Assembly (NCBI GenBank): GCA_963847445.1
Contig: CAWJZV010000046.1
Coordinates: 128,001 to 192,000, forward strand
DNA: 64,000 nucleotides
Direction of reading: 5' to 3'
Source of the DNA: an uncultured delta proteobacterium
GTDB taxonomy: Bacteria > Desulfobacterota > Binatia > UBA9968
Shown: piece by piece, positions 10,690 through 21,679 of the stretch
Layout: each line of letters begins with the position of its first letter
How positions within the stretch are numbered: the first letter of the stretch is position 1
Notes under the pieces: model-generated
Seen by the model: only the letters and a program-made list of their open reading frames with translations
Told to the model about the DNA's origin: nothing
Databases searched by the model: none
Made by a program: the position numbers and the translations under genes

Positions 10690-11481
<792 letters not shown>

Positions 11482-11727
11482 CTGCGGGTTCCATCGACAC
11501 CGGGCGAATTGGCAGGCGAATATGAGAGACCAAGCGATCGTCTTTCAGCCCGGCGAAGGCGATTTCATGATATCCATGTCGGAATCGATGCTCTTAAAGC
11601 CGGTGTTTACAATTCAACTTCGCGCCGATCGTGTTCAAGACTGGCTTGGGATGACATTGGGACTTAAGTCTGTCGATAACGCTCTGTCAATAATCCAACC
11701 GCGAATGTTGGACGGCCAGACCTTAAC

Positions 11728-11756
11728 TTGACAAGGCTAGGGGTGGGTATTACAGT
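11728..11756 (+). promoter_or_regulatory. Sigma70-type promoter
   Basis: TTGACA (11728-11733), 17 bp spacer, TACAGT (11751-11756). Confidence 0.55.
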
Positions 11757-11858
11757 TTAATGCGAGTTTTACTTCTAAATCGTAACTGTTTTGCAAGCCA
11801 GTTTGATGATCGATTTTACCGTGCCAAAACTTAAATAGCCCGAGTATTTCAGCAGTTC

Positions 11859-11909
11859 GCCTGGAAATCCGCGTTTATATATACGCGGGGTTGGTTTCCA
11901 GGCTTTTTT
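11859..11909 (+). terminator. Intrinsic terminator-like hairpin just upstream of the DUF1844 gene
   Basis: GCCTGGAAA pairs with TTTCCAGGC, inner CCGCGT pairs with ACGCGG, followed by TTTTTT. Confidence 0.6.
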
Positions 11910-11934
11910 CTCTAAGGGTCGGGGGAGTAGAGAA

Positions 11935-12370
11935 ATGGCTCCAGAAGAAGAAAAGCAAGAAAGCAAAGGATTCACGGTACAGGATCGCCGGCGCTTCTCG
12001 CCGGAGACCGGCGAAGCGCGAGAGGACACGGCAGAAGCGCAGGAGGCGGCGAATCAAGCATCGCAGCAGAGCACTGCCGCACAGGAGCGTGTGGATGGTG
12101 CCGTCTCAGGCCAATGCTCTACCTGAAATCGATTTTTCTACCTTTGTCATTAGCTTGAGCACTCAGGTGTTGATGCACTTGGGCGAAATCGCCAACCCGG
12201 CCAGCGGCAAGGTTGAAGCCGACATTAGCGTGGCCAAGCAGGTGATCGATATCTTGGCCATGTTGTCTGATAAAACCCGCGGCAACTTGAACGCTAACGA
12301 GGCACAGTTGATGGAAGGTATTCTTTTTGATTTGCGCATGAAGTATGTCGAAGCGGTGAAAAATCGATAG
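11935..12370 (+). CDS. DUF1844 domain protein; frameshift near 12100
   Basis: GFTVQDRRRF N-terminus, LPEIDFSTFVISLSTQVLMHLGEIANP, AKQVIDILAMLSDKTRGNL, LFDLRMKYV. Confidence 0.8.
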
Positions 12371-12378
12371 GAGTGGGG

Positions 12379-13878
12379 ATGGAACCGGAAAGTAAGCGGG
12401 GCGGCAACATTAGTTTCAAGGGCGCGATTTTAGTCGCCCTGGTTTCGCTGGTGATAGGACTCGGCATAAGCGGCAGCCTCGACTGGTTGTCGCCCGGCCG
12501 TGCGGTTAATTTTTTAGGCGACGCGGGTTCTCCTGAGTCGCGCCTATCGGGTGGCCTGCCGGACTTCGTCTCACTCGCGAAAATGATGAAGCCCCTGGTG
12601 GTCAATATTTCCACGACGCAAGTCAGCGAAGGCCGCGGTGGCGGCCAGGAGTTTGGTAGCCCATTTGGCGGAGAAGACGATCAGTTCAACGATTTCTGGA
12701 AACGTTTTTTCGGCGGGCCGCAGCCGCGCGGGCCGCAGCGCCAACGCAGCCTCGGCTCGGGATTCATCATCGATGGCGACGGTTCGATATTGACCAACAA
12801 TCATGTGGTCGAGAATGCTTCAAAGATCGTCGTGAAACTTTCCGACGATCAAGAATACGAAGCCAAAGTCATCGGGAGAGACGCCAAGACCGACATCGCC
12901 GTGATCAAGATCAACGCCAAGTCGTCATTGCCGGCGGCGAATTTTGGCGATTCCGATATGCTCGAAGTCGGCGAGTGGGTGGTTGCCATCGGCAACCCAT
13001 TCGGCTTGGACAGCACGGTGACGTCAGGCATTGTCAGCGCCAAAGGCCGGCATATCGGCCAAGGGCCTTACGACAATTTTATTCAGACCGATGCTTCGAT
13101 CAATCCGGGAAACTCAGGCGGACCCTTGATCAACTTGCGCGGCGAGATTGTCGGTATCAATACCGCGATTTTCAGCCGCACCGGCGGCAACATGGGCATC
13201 GGCTTCGCCATCCCGATCAATTTGGTCAAAGAGCTACTGCCGCAACTGCGTGGCAAAGGCAAAGTCACCCGCGGCTTCTTGGGCGTGTTGATCCAAAAGG
13301 TCACTCCGGAGATCGCCGAAAGTCTTGCCTTGGAGAAAGCTCAGGGCGCGTTGGTCGCCAATGTCTCGAAGGATGGGCCGGCCGATAAGGCTGGCGTCAA
13401 AGTCGGTGATGTGATCATCGAGTTCGACGGCAAGGAAGTGAAAGACTCGGGCGATTTGCCGATCATCGTCGCGCGCACACAGGTGGACAAAAAAGTGCGC
13501 ATGAAAGTGGTACGCGACAAAAAGGAAATGGTGCTCGGCGTCGCCGTCGGCGAACTCAAGGATGAAGAAGTGGTCGCCGCGGCGCCGGAGAAGGGTGAGC
13601 TCGGCCTCACCGTGCAGCGGTTGACGCCGCAAATGGCGGAAAGCTTAGGTTTGGAAAAATCCGAAGGCGTGGTGGTTTCGGCGGTGGAGCCGGGTAGTGC
13701 CGCCGATGACGCCGGGATTCGGCGTGGCGATGTGCTCATGGAAATCGACCGCCGGCCGGTCCGCACTCTCGATGAATATCGTAAAATGGTCGCCGAGATC
13801 AAAAAGGGCCGAGGGGTGTTGTTCCTGGTGCGGCGCGGCGAAAGCACCTTATTCTTGGCCTTGAAACCGCAGCGCTGA
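12379..13878 (+). CDS. degP: DegP/DegQ (HtrA, Do family) serine endoprotease with two PDZ domains
   Basis: GSGFII, ILTNNHVV, TDIAVIKI, IQTDASINPGNSGGPL, two PDZ segments. Confidence 0.93.
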   Translation: MEPESKRGGNISFKGAILVALVSLVIGLGISGSLDWLSPGRAVNFLGDAGSPESRLSGGLPDFVSLAKMMKPLVVNISTTQVSEGRGGGQEFGSPFGGEDDQFNDFWKRFFGGPQPRGPQRQRSLGSGFIIDGDGSILTNNHVVENASKIVVKLSDDQEYEAKVIGRDAKTDIAVIKINAKSSLPAANFGDSDMLEVGEWVVAIGNPFGLDSTVTSGIVSAKGRHIGQGPYDNFIQTDASINPGNSGGPLINLRGEIVGINTAIFSRTGGNMGIGFAIPINLVKELLPQLRGKGKVTRGFLGVLIQKVTPEIAESLALEKAQGALVANVSKDGPADKAGVKVGDVIIEFDGKEVKDSGDLPIIVARTQVDKKVRMKVVRDKKEMVLGVAVGELKDEEVVAAAPEKGELGLTVQRLTPQMAESLGLEKSEGVVVSAVEPGSAADDAGIRRGDVLMEIDRRPVRTLDEYRKMVAEIKKGRGVLFLVRRGESTLFLALKPQR

Positions 13879-13884
13879 GCAAAA

Positions 13885-16277
13885 TTGTCAGCGTTGGATA
13901 ACTTTCCGAGGGCGTGGCTTGTCGCCAGCCGTCATTTTATTGCTTTTGCCGATTCGTCTGCGCCAAGATTCAAGGGTGAATTGGGAGCATTGGATTTGAA
14001 GAAGTTTACGCTTCGAATCTTCAGCATCGGTCTTATCGTTCTTTTGGTCATCACCACCACGGGTCTAGTCGCGGGCGCGTGGTTTCTCAAGGACTGGGAA
14101 GACAAGGTCACCAAGAAATTCGAAGGGCGTAAATGGGATTTCGCCTCGAAAATCTATTCCGATAGTTACCATCTTTACGTCGGCTTCAATTTGCCGCTGC
14201 GCGATTTCACCGAAAAGTTGCGCCGTTTGGGTTACTATGAAACCGCGGTTCCGCCCAGGACGCAAGGCGCCTACCGGGTTAACTCAGCCGACGGTTCCGT
14301 CGAGCTTTTCCTCCATGATTTCGAATTCCCGACAGAAAAGGTCAAAGGTTATCCTGTCCGTCTGTGGTTCCAGGGCAACGTTTTAACCCGCATCGAAAAG
14401 CTCTCCGATAACACCGAGAAGTTCGATCTCGAACTCGAACCGGAAGTGGTTACCGGCTTGTATCAGCGGATTTGGCAAGAACGCCGGGTTGTCAAGTTGA
14501 CTGAAGTCCCACCGCTGCTGATCAAATCGATCCTCGCCATAGAAGACGAACGGTTTTTTAGCCATATGGGCGTCGATCCCGTCGGCATCCTGCGCGCGAT
14601 GTTGGTCAATGTGCGCTATTTGAGCCTGCAACAGGGCGGCAGCACCTTGACCCAACAGTTGATGAAAAATTTTCTGCTCAGCGACGAGCGTACATTGAGC
14701 CGTAAGTTCCCCGAAGCGGTGATGGCGCTCATCGCCGAGCGCAAGTACTCCAAAGAAACCATTTTGGAGAATTACTTAAACGAGATCTACTTGGGCCAGC
14801 GCGGCTCGCAGGGGGTATTCGGGGTCTGGGAAGCGGCGCAATTTTATTATTCCAAGCCGCTGGCGGAACTTTCCGTGGGCGAAACCGCCTTGCTCGCCGG
14901 TCTGATTCGCGCGCCCAATCGTTTGTCGCCCTATCGTAACGCCGAGGCCGCGACCAAGCGGCGCAATGTGGTTTTGGCTAAACTGCTCGACGATAATGTC
15001 ATCACCAAGAAACAGTACGACGCGGCGCATAAAGAGAAATTGCCGCAGCGAGCTTTGGTGAAGGTGACTAACGAAGCGCCGTTCTACGTCGATTATCTGC
15101 GCCGGGAACTCGACCAGAATTATCCGAAAGACGTCTTGGAAAAGGATGGACTGCGGATTTTCACCGGTCTCGATTTGCGCCTGCAGAAGATCGCCGAGAA
15201 GGCTTTAAGCGAAGGTTTGACCAAGCTGGAATCGTCCCATCCGGCGCTGAAGAAGAAAAGCGCCGAAGAAGGTTTGGAAGGCGCCATCGTCGTGATTCGG
15301 CCGCAGACGGGCGAAATCAAAGCGATGGTCGGCGGGCGAAACTATCAGAAATCGCAGTTCAACCGAGTCTTTCAAGCCAAGCGTCAGGCCGGCTCGGTGT
15401 TCAAACCGTTCGTTTTTCTCGCCGCGTTTATGCACGGCGGGCAAAGCGGCATGCAGTACTTTTCCGATACGGTGGTGAATGACAGCCAGTTTACCTGGTC
15501 CTATGATGGCGGGACAGTCGTGGCAGCCGAATAATTATAATAACGACTATTATGGCGCCGTCACGGTGCGCCGGGCATTGGAGAGTTCGCTCAATTCCGC
15601 CACTGCACGGGTCGCTCAAGATGTCGGTATCCGGCGCGTGCGCGATGTCGCGCGGCGTTTGGGCATCGAGAGTTCGTTGCCGGCAGTGCCGTCGCTTTCC
15701 CTCGGTTCGGCCGAAGTGACGCCCCTCGAAGTCGCCGTGGCGTTTTCGACTTTAGCCAACGGTGGCGTGCGGGCGCGCTCCGTGGCGGTGAAACATGTCA
15801 TGGATCAGAACACCAAAGCTTTGGAAAAGCGCGACGTCAAATTGGAACAGGTAATTAGCCCGAGTTTGGCCTATACGATGAATCAACTTCTAATGGGTGT
15901 GATGGACCGCGGTACCGGCGCACAGGCGCGCCGCTGGGGATTCACCCGGCCGGCGGCGGGTAAAACAGGTACAACCAATGACTACAAAGATGCCTGGTTC
16001 GTCGGCTACACGCCGGAGCTGCTCGCGGTGGTCTGGGTCGGTTACGATGGTCCGGCGAAGATCGGTCTCTCTGGCGCCGAGGCGGCGCTGCCGATTTGGA
16101 CGGAATTCATGAAGGCCGCCACCGCCAGTATGCCGGTGACCGATTTCGTGCCACCGCCGTGCGTCGCGGAGCGAGACCCCTGAGACGCCCACGGAAAAAT
16201 GCGGCCCGTTGACCCGCGAAGGCGAGCCGCCGGGCGAGCCCTGTCCCACGCCAGCAAAGCCCGCGGAGCCGGCATAA
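13885..16277 (+). CDS. mrcB: Class A penicillin-binding protein PBP1B (TM, UB2H, transglycosylase, transpeptidase); frameshifts near 15510 and 16170
   Basis: UB2H-like LRRLGYY..ELFLHDFEFP; EDERFFSH, GGSTLTQQLMKN, YLNEIYLG; AGSVFKP (SxxK), SLN, GKTGTT. Confidence 0.88.
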
Positions 16278-16301
16278 GAGCTATTGGCGCCGAAAACTTT
16301 C

Positions 16302-17082
16302 ATGCAGCTGCTTAAATATTGCATGCTTGCGCTGGTGATTGTCGTGGCGGCGAGCTGCGCGCCGCAGCGAACTTATCGTGTGCCGATACCGCCAAGTGGC
16401 GCTCCGCCATCGAGTGCGCGGGTTCCGCCAGCGCCGCCGGCTCCGGTCGCGCCGCCGGCGCCGCCCATGGAACCCGTGCGCAAACCGGTGCCACAGGAGG
16501 GAAAAATCCGCGAGCAAGATATTCGCGCTAAATCCCCTACGCCGGCGCCGGCGTCTAAGGACGTGAAGGATCCGGCAAGCAGGCGAGCGTCAGCGAGCCG
16601 CGCAGTCGAGCGAAGCTACGTCCGCGCCAACCGCGCCGCCGCTCGCCGACGATAGTTCTTTGCTGGCGAAAATCACCCCAGGGGTATCGCCGCAACGGGC
16701 CGCCTCTTTGCGGGTCACCGATGAGGGGCGCAAACTACTCGATGCCGGCGAGCCGGCGAAGGCGATGAGCCGTTTGGAGCGGACCATCGTGATCGATTCG
16801 ACCAACGGTTACGGCTACTTTTATTTAGCCAAGGCGCAGTATCGCCTGGGCCATTATCAGGAATCGCTTAACCTCCTCGAAGTGGCCCAGTCGCGTCTCA
16901 GTGGCGAGCTGTTTTGGCTCGCCGAAGTCCACGCCCTGCGCGGTGAGAATTATCGCGCCCTCGGCCAAGCGCCGAGAGCGGAAGCGAGCTACCATCAGTC
17001 TTTGCGACTCAATTCCGGTAATCGAACCGCCAGCGATGGGCTCGCCCGCATGACCGGCGAGACTCCGGCCGCTGCGAAGTAG
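16302..17082 (+). CDS. TPR lipoprotein with Pro-rich linker (LpoP-like); frameshift near 16590
   Basis: Lipobox VVAASC, Pro/Ala-rich linker, TPR helices (AMSRLERTIVIDSTNGYGYFYLAKAQY..AEASYHQSLRLNSGN); directly after PBP1B. Confidence 0.72.
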
Positions 17083-17094
17083 GGACAATCATTT

Positions 17095-18094
17095 ATGTTG
17101 GTTCTAGGAGTGGAAACTTCTTGCGACGACACCGCCGCCGCGCTCTTGCAGGATGGTAAGACGATCCTCGCCAATATTGTCTCGTCGCAGGATGGCGTCC
17201 ATGGGCCCTATGGCGGCGTGGTGCCGGAACTGGCTTCGCGCCAGCATATGCCAGAATATCTTGCCGATCGTCGACGGCGCCTTGAAAAACGCCGGCGCGA
17301 CCTTGGCCGATGTCGATGGCTTCGCGGTGACCTACGGACCTGGGCTGGTGGGATCTTTGCTGGTCGGCATGTCGCTGGTCAAGGGCATGTCGTTTCGCAG
17401 CGGAATTCCGTTCGTCGGCGTCAATCATCTCGAAGCCCACCTGCTGGCGATCCACTTAGAACATGACGTGGCATTCCCTTACATCGCGCTGCTCGCCTCC
17501 GGCGGCCACACGCTGCTGTACCATGTCAGAGCTGTCGGCAGGTATACTCATCTTGGCGGCACCCGCGACGACGCCGCCGGCGAGGCCTTCGACAAGGTGG
17601 CGAAAATGATGGGGCTGGGTTATCCCGGCGGCCGGATCATCGACAACTTGGCAAAGACAGGCAATCCCAAGGCGGTGCGATTTCCGCGGGCGCGACTCAA
17701 GAACTGCCCCTATGCGTTTAGTTTCAGCGGCATCAAAACCGCGGCGTGGCATTATCTCAAAGAGCAGGGGGCGGCGCAGTGGCAAGCGCGCCAGGCCGAT
17801 ATCGCTGCCAGTTTCCAGGAGGCGGTTGTCGATATGTTGGTCAATCCGACTATCAGAGCGGCGACCGCCAACGGCGCGGCGCGCATCGTTCTGTCAGGCG
17901 GGGTTGCCGCCAATAGCCGGCTGCGCGCCAAGATGACCGAAATAGCCGCTAGCGAAGGCATGCAAGTCTTCTGTCCCGCGCCGAAGTTTTGCACCGACAA
18001 CGGCGCGATGATCGCGCTCGCCGGCTATCACTGGCTTCAGCGTGGCCGGCGCGACGGCTACGATCTAAACGCCGACGCCGATCTGACGCTGTAA
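17095..18094 (+). CDS. tsaD: tRNA N6-adenosine threonylcarbamoyltransferase; frameshift near 17250
   Basis: [58 protein letters not shown]. Confidence 0.95.
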
Positions 18095-18129
18095 TTCCTC
18101 CTAGCATTGAGTTCTGAAAGTTGCCGAGG

Positions 18130-18996
18130 ATGCCGACCCTCTATGAAGAAGTGCGCGCCCTGCTGCGCGATAGCGAGTTTCGTCCGCGCAAGAGCCGCGG
18201 GCAGAACTTTCTGATTCATGAACATGTCGTCGAAGCGATCCTGCGCTTGCTCGATTTGCAGCCGGATGACGAAGTCGTCGAGGTCGGCCCGGGGTTGGGA
18301 TTTCTCACGCGGCGCCTGGTCGAGCGCGCGCAAGCCGTGTGGGCGGTGGAGATCGACGAGCTCTTGGCGCAACGCTTGCGCGCCGGCGAGCTCGGCGCAA
18401 GCTCCAGGTTTCATCTGATTTATGGCGATATTCTCAATGTGGCATTGCCGGACATTGTTGCCGAATGTAAAAATGAAACTCGCCGGCAATCTGCCTTACA
18501 ACATAGCCACCGAGGTGTTGTTTCGGATCTTCGATTGGCATGAGCATTTCAGTTCCCTCGTGTTGATGGTGCAAAAGGAAGTCGCCGACCGCATCGCCAG
18601 CGCTCCAGGTTCGAAATCCTACGGCACGCTGTCGGTGTGGTGCCAGGTGCATGGCCGTGTCAGCGAGAAAATAAACGTCTCGCCGGAGGCCTTTTATCCA
18701 CGTCCCAAGGTGCGCTCGACGATACTAAAAATCGAGCTGTTGCCCGAGCCGCGAGTGACCGATGAGAATCTCCCGGTGCTCAAAGGTTTGGTGCGCGCCG
18801 CCTTCGGCCAACGCCGCAAGACCCTGAGCAATGCCGTCGGCGCTTGGCTCAGCGCGCGAACGCGATGCAGTCGACGGCCTCCTGGCGGCCCACGATGTCG
18901 ATCCCAGACGGCGCGGTGAAACCCTCAGCGTCGATGAATTTATCAAACTGGCGCGAAGCGATTCGCGTCAGCGGATTGCTGCCGGCTAGTAATTGA
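18130..18996 (+). CDS. rsmA: 16S rRNA (A1518/A1519) dimethyltransferase; frameshifted
   Basis: KSRGQNFL, VEVGPGLG, AVEID, GNLPYNI, LMVQKEVADRI, FYPRPKVRS, AFGQRRKTL. Confidence 0.93.
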
Positions 18997-19049
18997 AGTT
19001 TGTACCGGTTGTTAGTATGCATTGATAGTTTCCGTGCCATTTTGTATTA

Positions 19050-19132
19050 TTCACCGCGAAGGCACGAAGGACACGAAGGGTTCGGGTGATTAGCGTTCCG
19101 AACTTCGTGATCTTCGTGTCCTTCGTGGTGAA
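19050..19132. repeat. Palindromic intergenic element with ~9-nt periodic arms
   Basis: TTCACCGCGAAGGCACGAAGGACACGAAG-GGTTCGG is nearly complementary to CCGAAC-TTCGTGATCTTCGTGTCCTTCGTGGTGAA. Confidence 0.8.
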
Positions 19133-19188
19133 AATTCGTTCACAGTAAAGCCGGAATAATCATAACCAAATCCTAGCGACTCACTGCC

Positions 19189-20010
19189 ATGCCCGAACTC
19201 CCCGAAGTCGAAACCGTCTGCCGCAGTTTGCGGCCCCATCTGCTCGGCCGCAGGATCGAGGCAGTCGACGTGCGCGAGCGCCGGCTGCGTGTGCCGGTGG
19301 ATATTCTACGAGTCGAGCGCTTGGCCGGTAAACGGATCGAGTCGGTTGACCGAGTAGCCAAATATATTTTGCTGCGTCTGACCGGCGCATCCGTGTGGCT
19401 GTTTCATCTGGGCATGTCGGGTAAACTGATCTGCGCGGCCAAGAACACCCCACGCCAGAAGCACGATCATATCGTCGTCGATTTAGATGACGGCGCGCAG
19501 CTGCGTTACCATGACCCGCGCCGATTCGGACTTGCCATCGTGAGTCACGCGGATGAGCTTGGCGAATTGTCCCAGTTGCGCCGTCTCGGTGTGGATCCCT
19601 TCGCTGAGACGCTCACCGGCGAGTATCTGTTCAGTTTCACGCGCGCCTCCGAGCGGCGCATTCGCGATCTCTTGCTCGATCAGCAGATCGTCGCCGGGCT
19701 CGGCAATATTTACGCTAACGAAGTGCTGGCGATGGTGCGGGTCAAGCCGACGACGCGCGCCTGGCGGCTGACGCGCAAGCAGGTGGGGATGATCGCCGCG
19801 GCGATTCCGGAACTACTCTATGACGCGATTCAATGGTGCGGCACGTCGTTCTCGGACTATCGCGACGCCGACGATAAGTCCGGCGAATTTCAGAATCATC
19901 TGCGTGTCTACGATCGCCAGGGTGAACCCTGCCGGATTTGCCCCGGCACGATCAAACGAGTCGCCATCGGCAACCGCAGTGCTTTTTATTGTCCGACATG
20001 TCAGAAATGA
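19189..20010 (+). CDS. mutM: Formamidopyrimidine-DNA glycosylase
   Basis: MPELPEVE, HLGMSG, DPRRFG, GLGNIYANE, C-terminal zinc finger CRIC..CPTCQ. Confidence 0.96.
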   Translation: MPELPEVETVCRSLRPHLLGRRIEAVDVRERRLRVPVDILRVERLAGKRIESVDRVAKYILLRLTGASVWLFHLGMSGKLICAAKNTPRQKHDHIVVDLDDGAQLRYHDPRRFGLAIVSHADELGELSQLRRLGVDPFAETLTGEYLFSFTRASERRIRDLLLDQQIVAGLGNIYANEVLAMVRVKPTTRAWRLTRKQVGMIAAAIPELLYDAIQWCGTSFSDYRDADDKSGEFQNHLRVYDRQGEPCRICPGTIKRVAIGNRSAFYCPTCQK

Positions 20011-20075
20011 AAGATTTGTTCATGATCCACGCTTGGGGTGGGCGAAATCCCCCGCGCATCCGTTGCCAAGCAAAT

Positions 20076-20212
20076 TCGTCATACCGGCCCTTCGACGGCG
20101 CTCAGGGTAAACTCCAGCCGGTATCCAGACGCATCATCAACCTGGATACCGTTTTGCAACGGTATGACGATCGCTGTCCGCCACCTGGGTTCCGGCTTTC
20201 GGCACAGTGACG
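20076..20212. repeat. CGTC-tagged REP-like palindrome cluster with a nested second motif
   Basis: TCGTCATACCGG..CCGGTATCCAG, then CTGGATACCG..CGGTATGACGA, and a third degenerate unit CTGGGTTCCGGCTTTCGG..TGACG. CCTTCGACGGCGCTCAGGGTAAAC occupies the first loop. Confidence 0.72.
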
Positions 20213-20257
20213 GAGCGTTTAAAGCGTTCTGTAAATTCCGAGTTCGCACAATGTTGC

Positions 20258-21502
20258 ATGAGTAACTCCCCGACAACTTCACTCAAACTCCTATCGCCAC
20301 TGCGCCATCGCGATTTCCGATTATTTTGGATCGGCCTGTTGCTCTCCAGCGTTGGCAGTCAGTTTACCACCGTGGCGATGGCTTGGCAGATCTACGAACT
20401 CACCAACTCGCCGTTGCAGATCGGCTTGATCGGCCTGGTGCGGGCGCTGCCGCAGGTGGCGATGCTGCTGTTCGGCGGCTTGCTCGCCGACGCCATGGAC
20501 CGGCGCAGATTGATGATGGCGACGCAAGCTAGTTTGTTTGTGGTTTCCGGAACTCTCGCGTATCTCACCATGACGGGGAGCGTTACCTCGCTGACGCTCT
20601 ACGGGGTTACGGTGTTTCTCGCGTTATTTAGCTCACTCGAAGCGCCGTCGCGCCACGCCATCGTGACTAATCTTGTGCCCGCCGAAGATTTGCCGCGCGC
20701 CATGGCAATCTCCAGCACGCAACGCCAGATCGCCACCATCGCCGGTCCATCGATCGCCGGTCTGATCCTGGCTTTCGCCGGCCCCGCACTCTGTTACGCC
20801 ATCGATGCGATCTCCTGGCTCGTCATGTTCGCGGTTCTGCTATTGATCCGTGCCGAACTGCCGCAGCGCGGCGGCTGGCGCACGGTTTCGTTCAGCGCTC
20901 TCGGCGTCGGTTTCCGTTTCGTCTGGGGCCACGCGGTGATTTTTCCGTTCTTGATGATGGATCTGGGCGTTAATGTTTTTGGCACGGTGCGCGCGCTCTA
21001 TCCGATCTACGCCCGCGATATTCTCGCCGTCGGACCACAAGGTTTGGGTGTGCTCTACGCCGCCAGCGCTGCCGGGGCGCTGATCGGCGCTCTCGGTCTC
21101 AGCCTGTTCGGCCAGATTCGCCAGGCCGGCCGCTGGATTCTCTTCGGCGTGACGGTCTACGGACTGTGTCTCCTGGGCTTTGCGTATTCCCGCTGGTTCT
21201 GGTTGTCGGCGGTGCTCTTGCTAGGCTCCGGCATCGGTGACACCATCAGCGCGATCCTACGCTCGACCATCAACCAGCTGAGCACACCGGACGAATTGCG
21301 CGGCCGCATGTCGTCGATCAACAGCATCTTCACCAACAGCGGCCCGCAACTCGGCCAATTCCAAGCCGGCGCGTTAGCCGCCGTCATCGGCGCCGAAATG
21401 GCCGCTGGCGCCGGCGCGGTTATTATTCTATTGATTGTCGGGATTCTGATTGCCGGTTTTCCGCATGTGCGCGATTATCGAATCAAGCGTGGCGATGGGT
21501 AG
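20258..21502 (+). CDS. MFS transporter (EntS/H+ antiporter-like)
   Basis: SPLRHRDFRLFW, GGLLADAMDRRRLM, about 12 hydrophobic segments, TPDELRGRMSS. Confidence 0.9.
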   Translation: MSNSPTTSLKLLSPLRHRDFRLFWIGLLLSSVGSQFTTVAMAWQIYELTNSPLQIGLIGLVRALPQVAMLLFGGLLADAMDRRRLMMATQASLFVVSGTLAYLTMTGSVTSLTLYGVTVFLALFSSLEAPSRHAIVTNLVPAEDLPRAMAISSTQRQIATIAGPSIAGLILAFAGPALCYAIDAISWLVMFAVLLLIRAELPQRGGWRTVSFSALGVGFRFVWGHAVIFPFLMMDLGVNVFGTVRALYPIYARDILAVGPQGLGVLYAASAAGALIGALGLSLFGQIRQAGRWILFGVTVYGLCLLGFAYSRWFWLSAVLLLGSGIGDTISAILRSTINQLSTPDELRGRMSSINSIFTNSGPQLGQFQAGALAAVIGAEMAAGAGAVIILLIVGILIAGFPHVRDYRIKRGDG

Positions 21503-21679
21503 CAGGGCGAATGGCGTAGGACGAAGGGGTTCGTCGGGAGATGGAGCGGTAGAGTATGAAAGCCAAGACATCAAAGTCTCGGGTTAGTGCTTCGCGGCGC
21601 GCCGGCAGAAGAAGGCGGCGCGCGCACGCCATAAACTAATGGGCGGACCCTTTTCCCCGTGCTTTTGTACGATTGCGTC

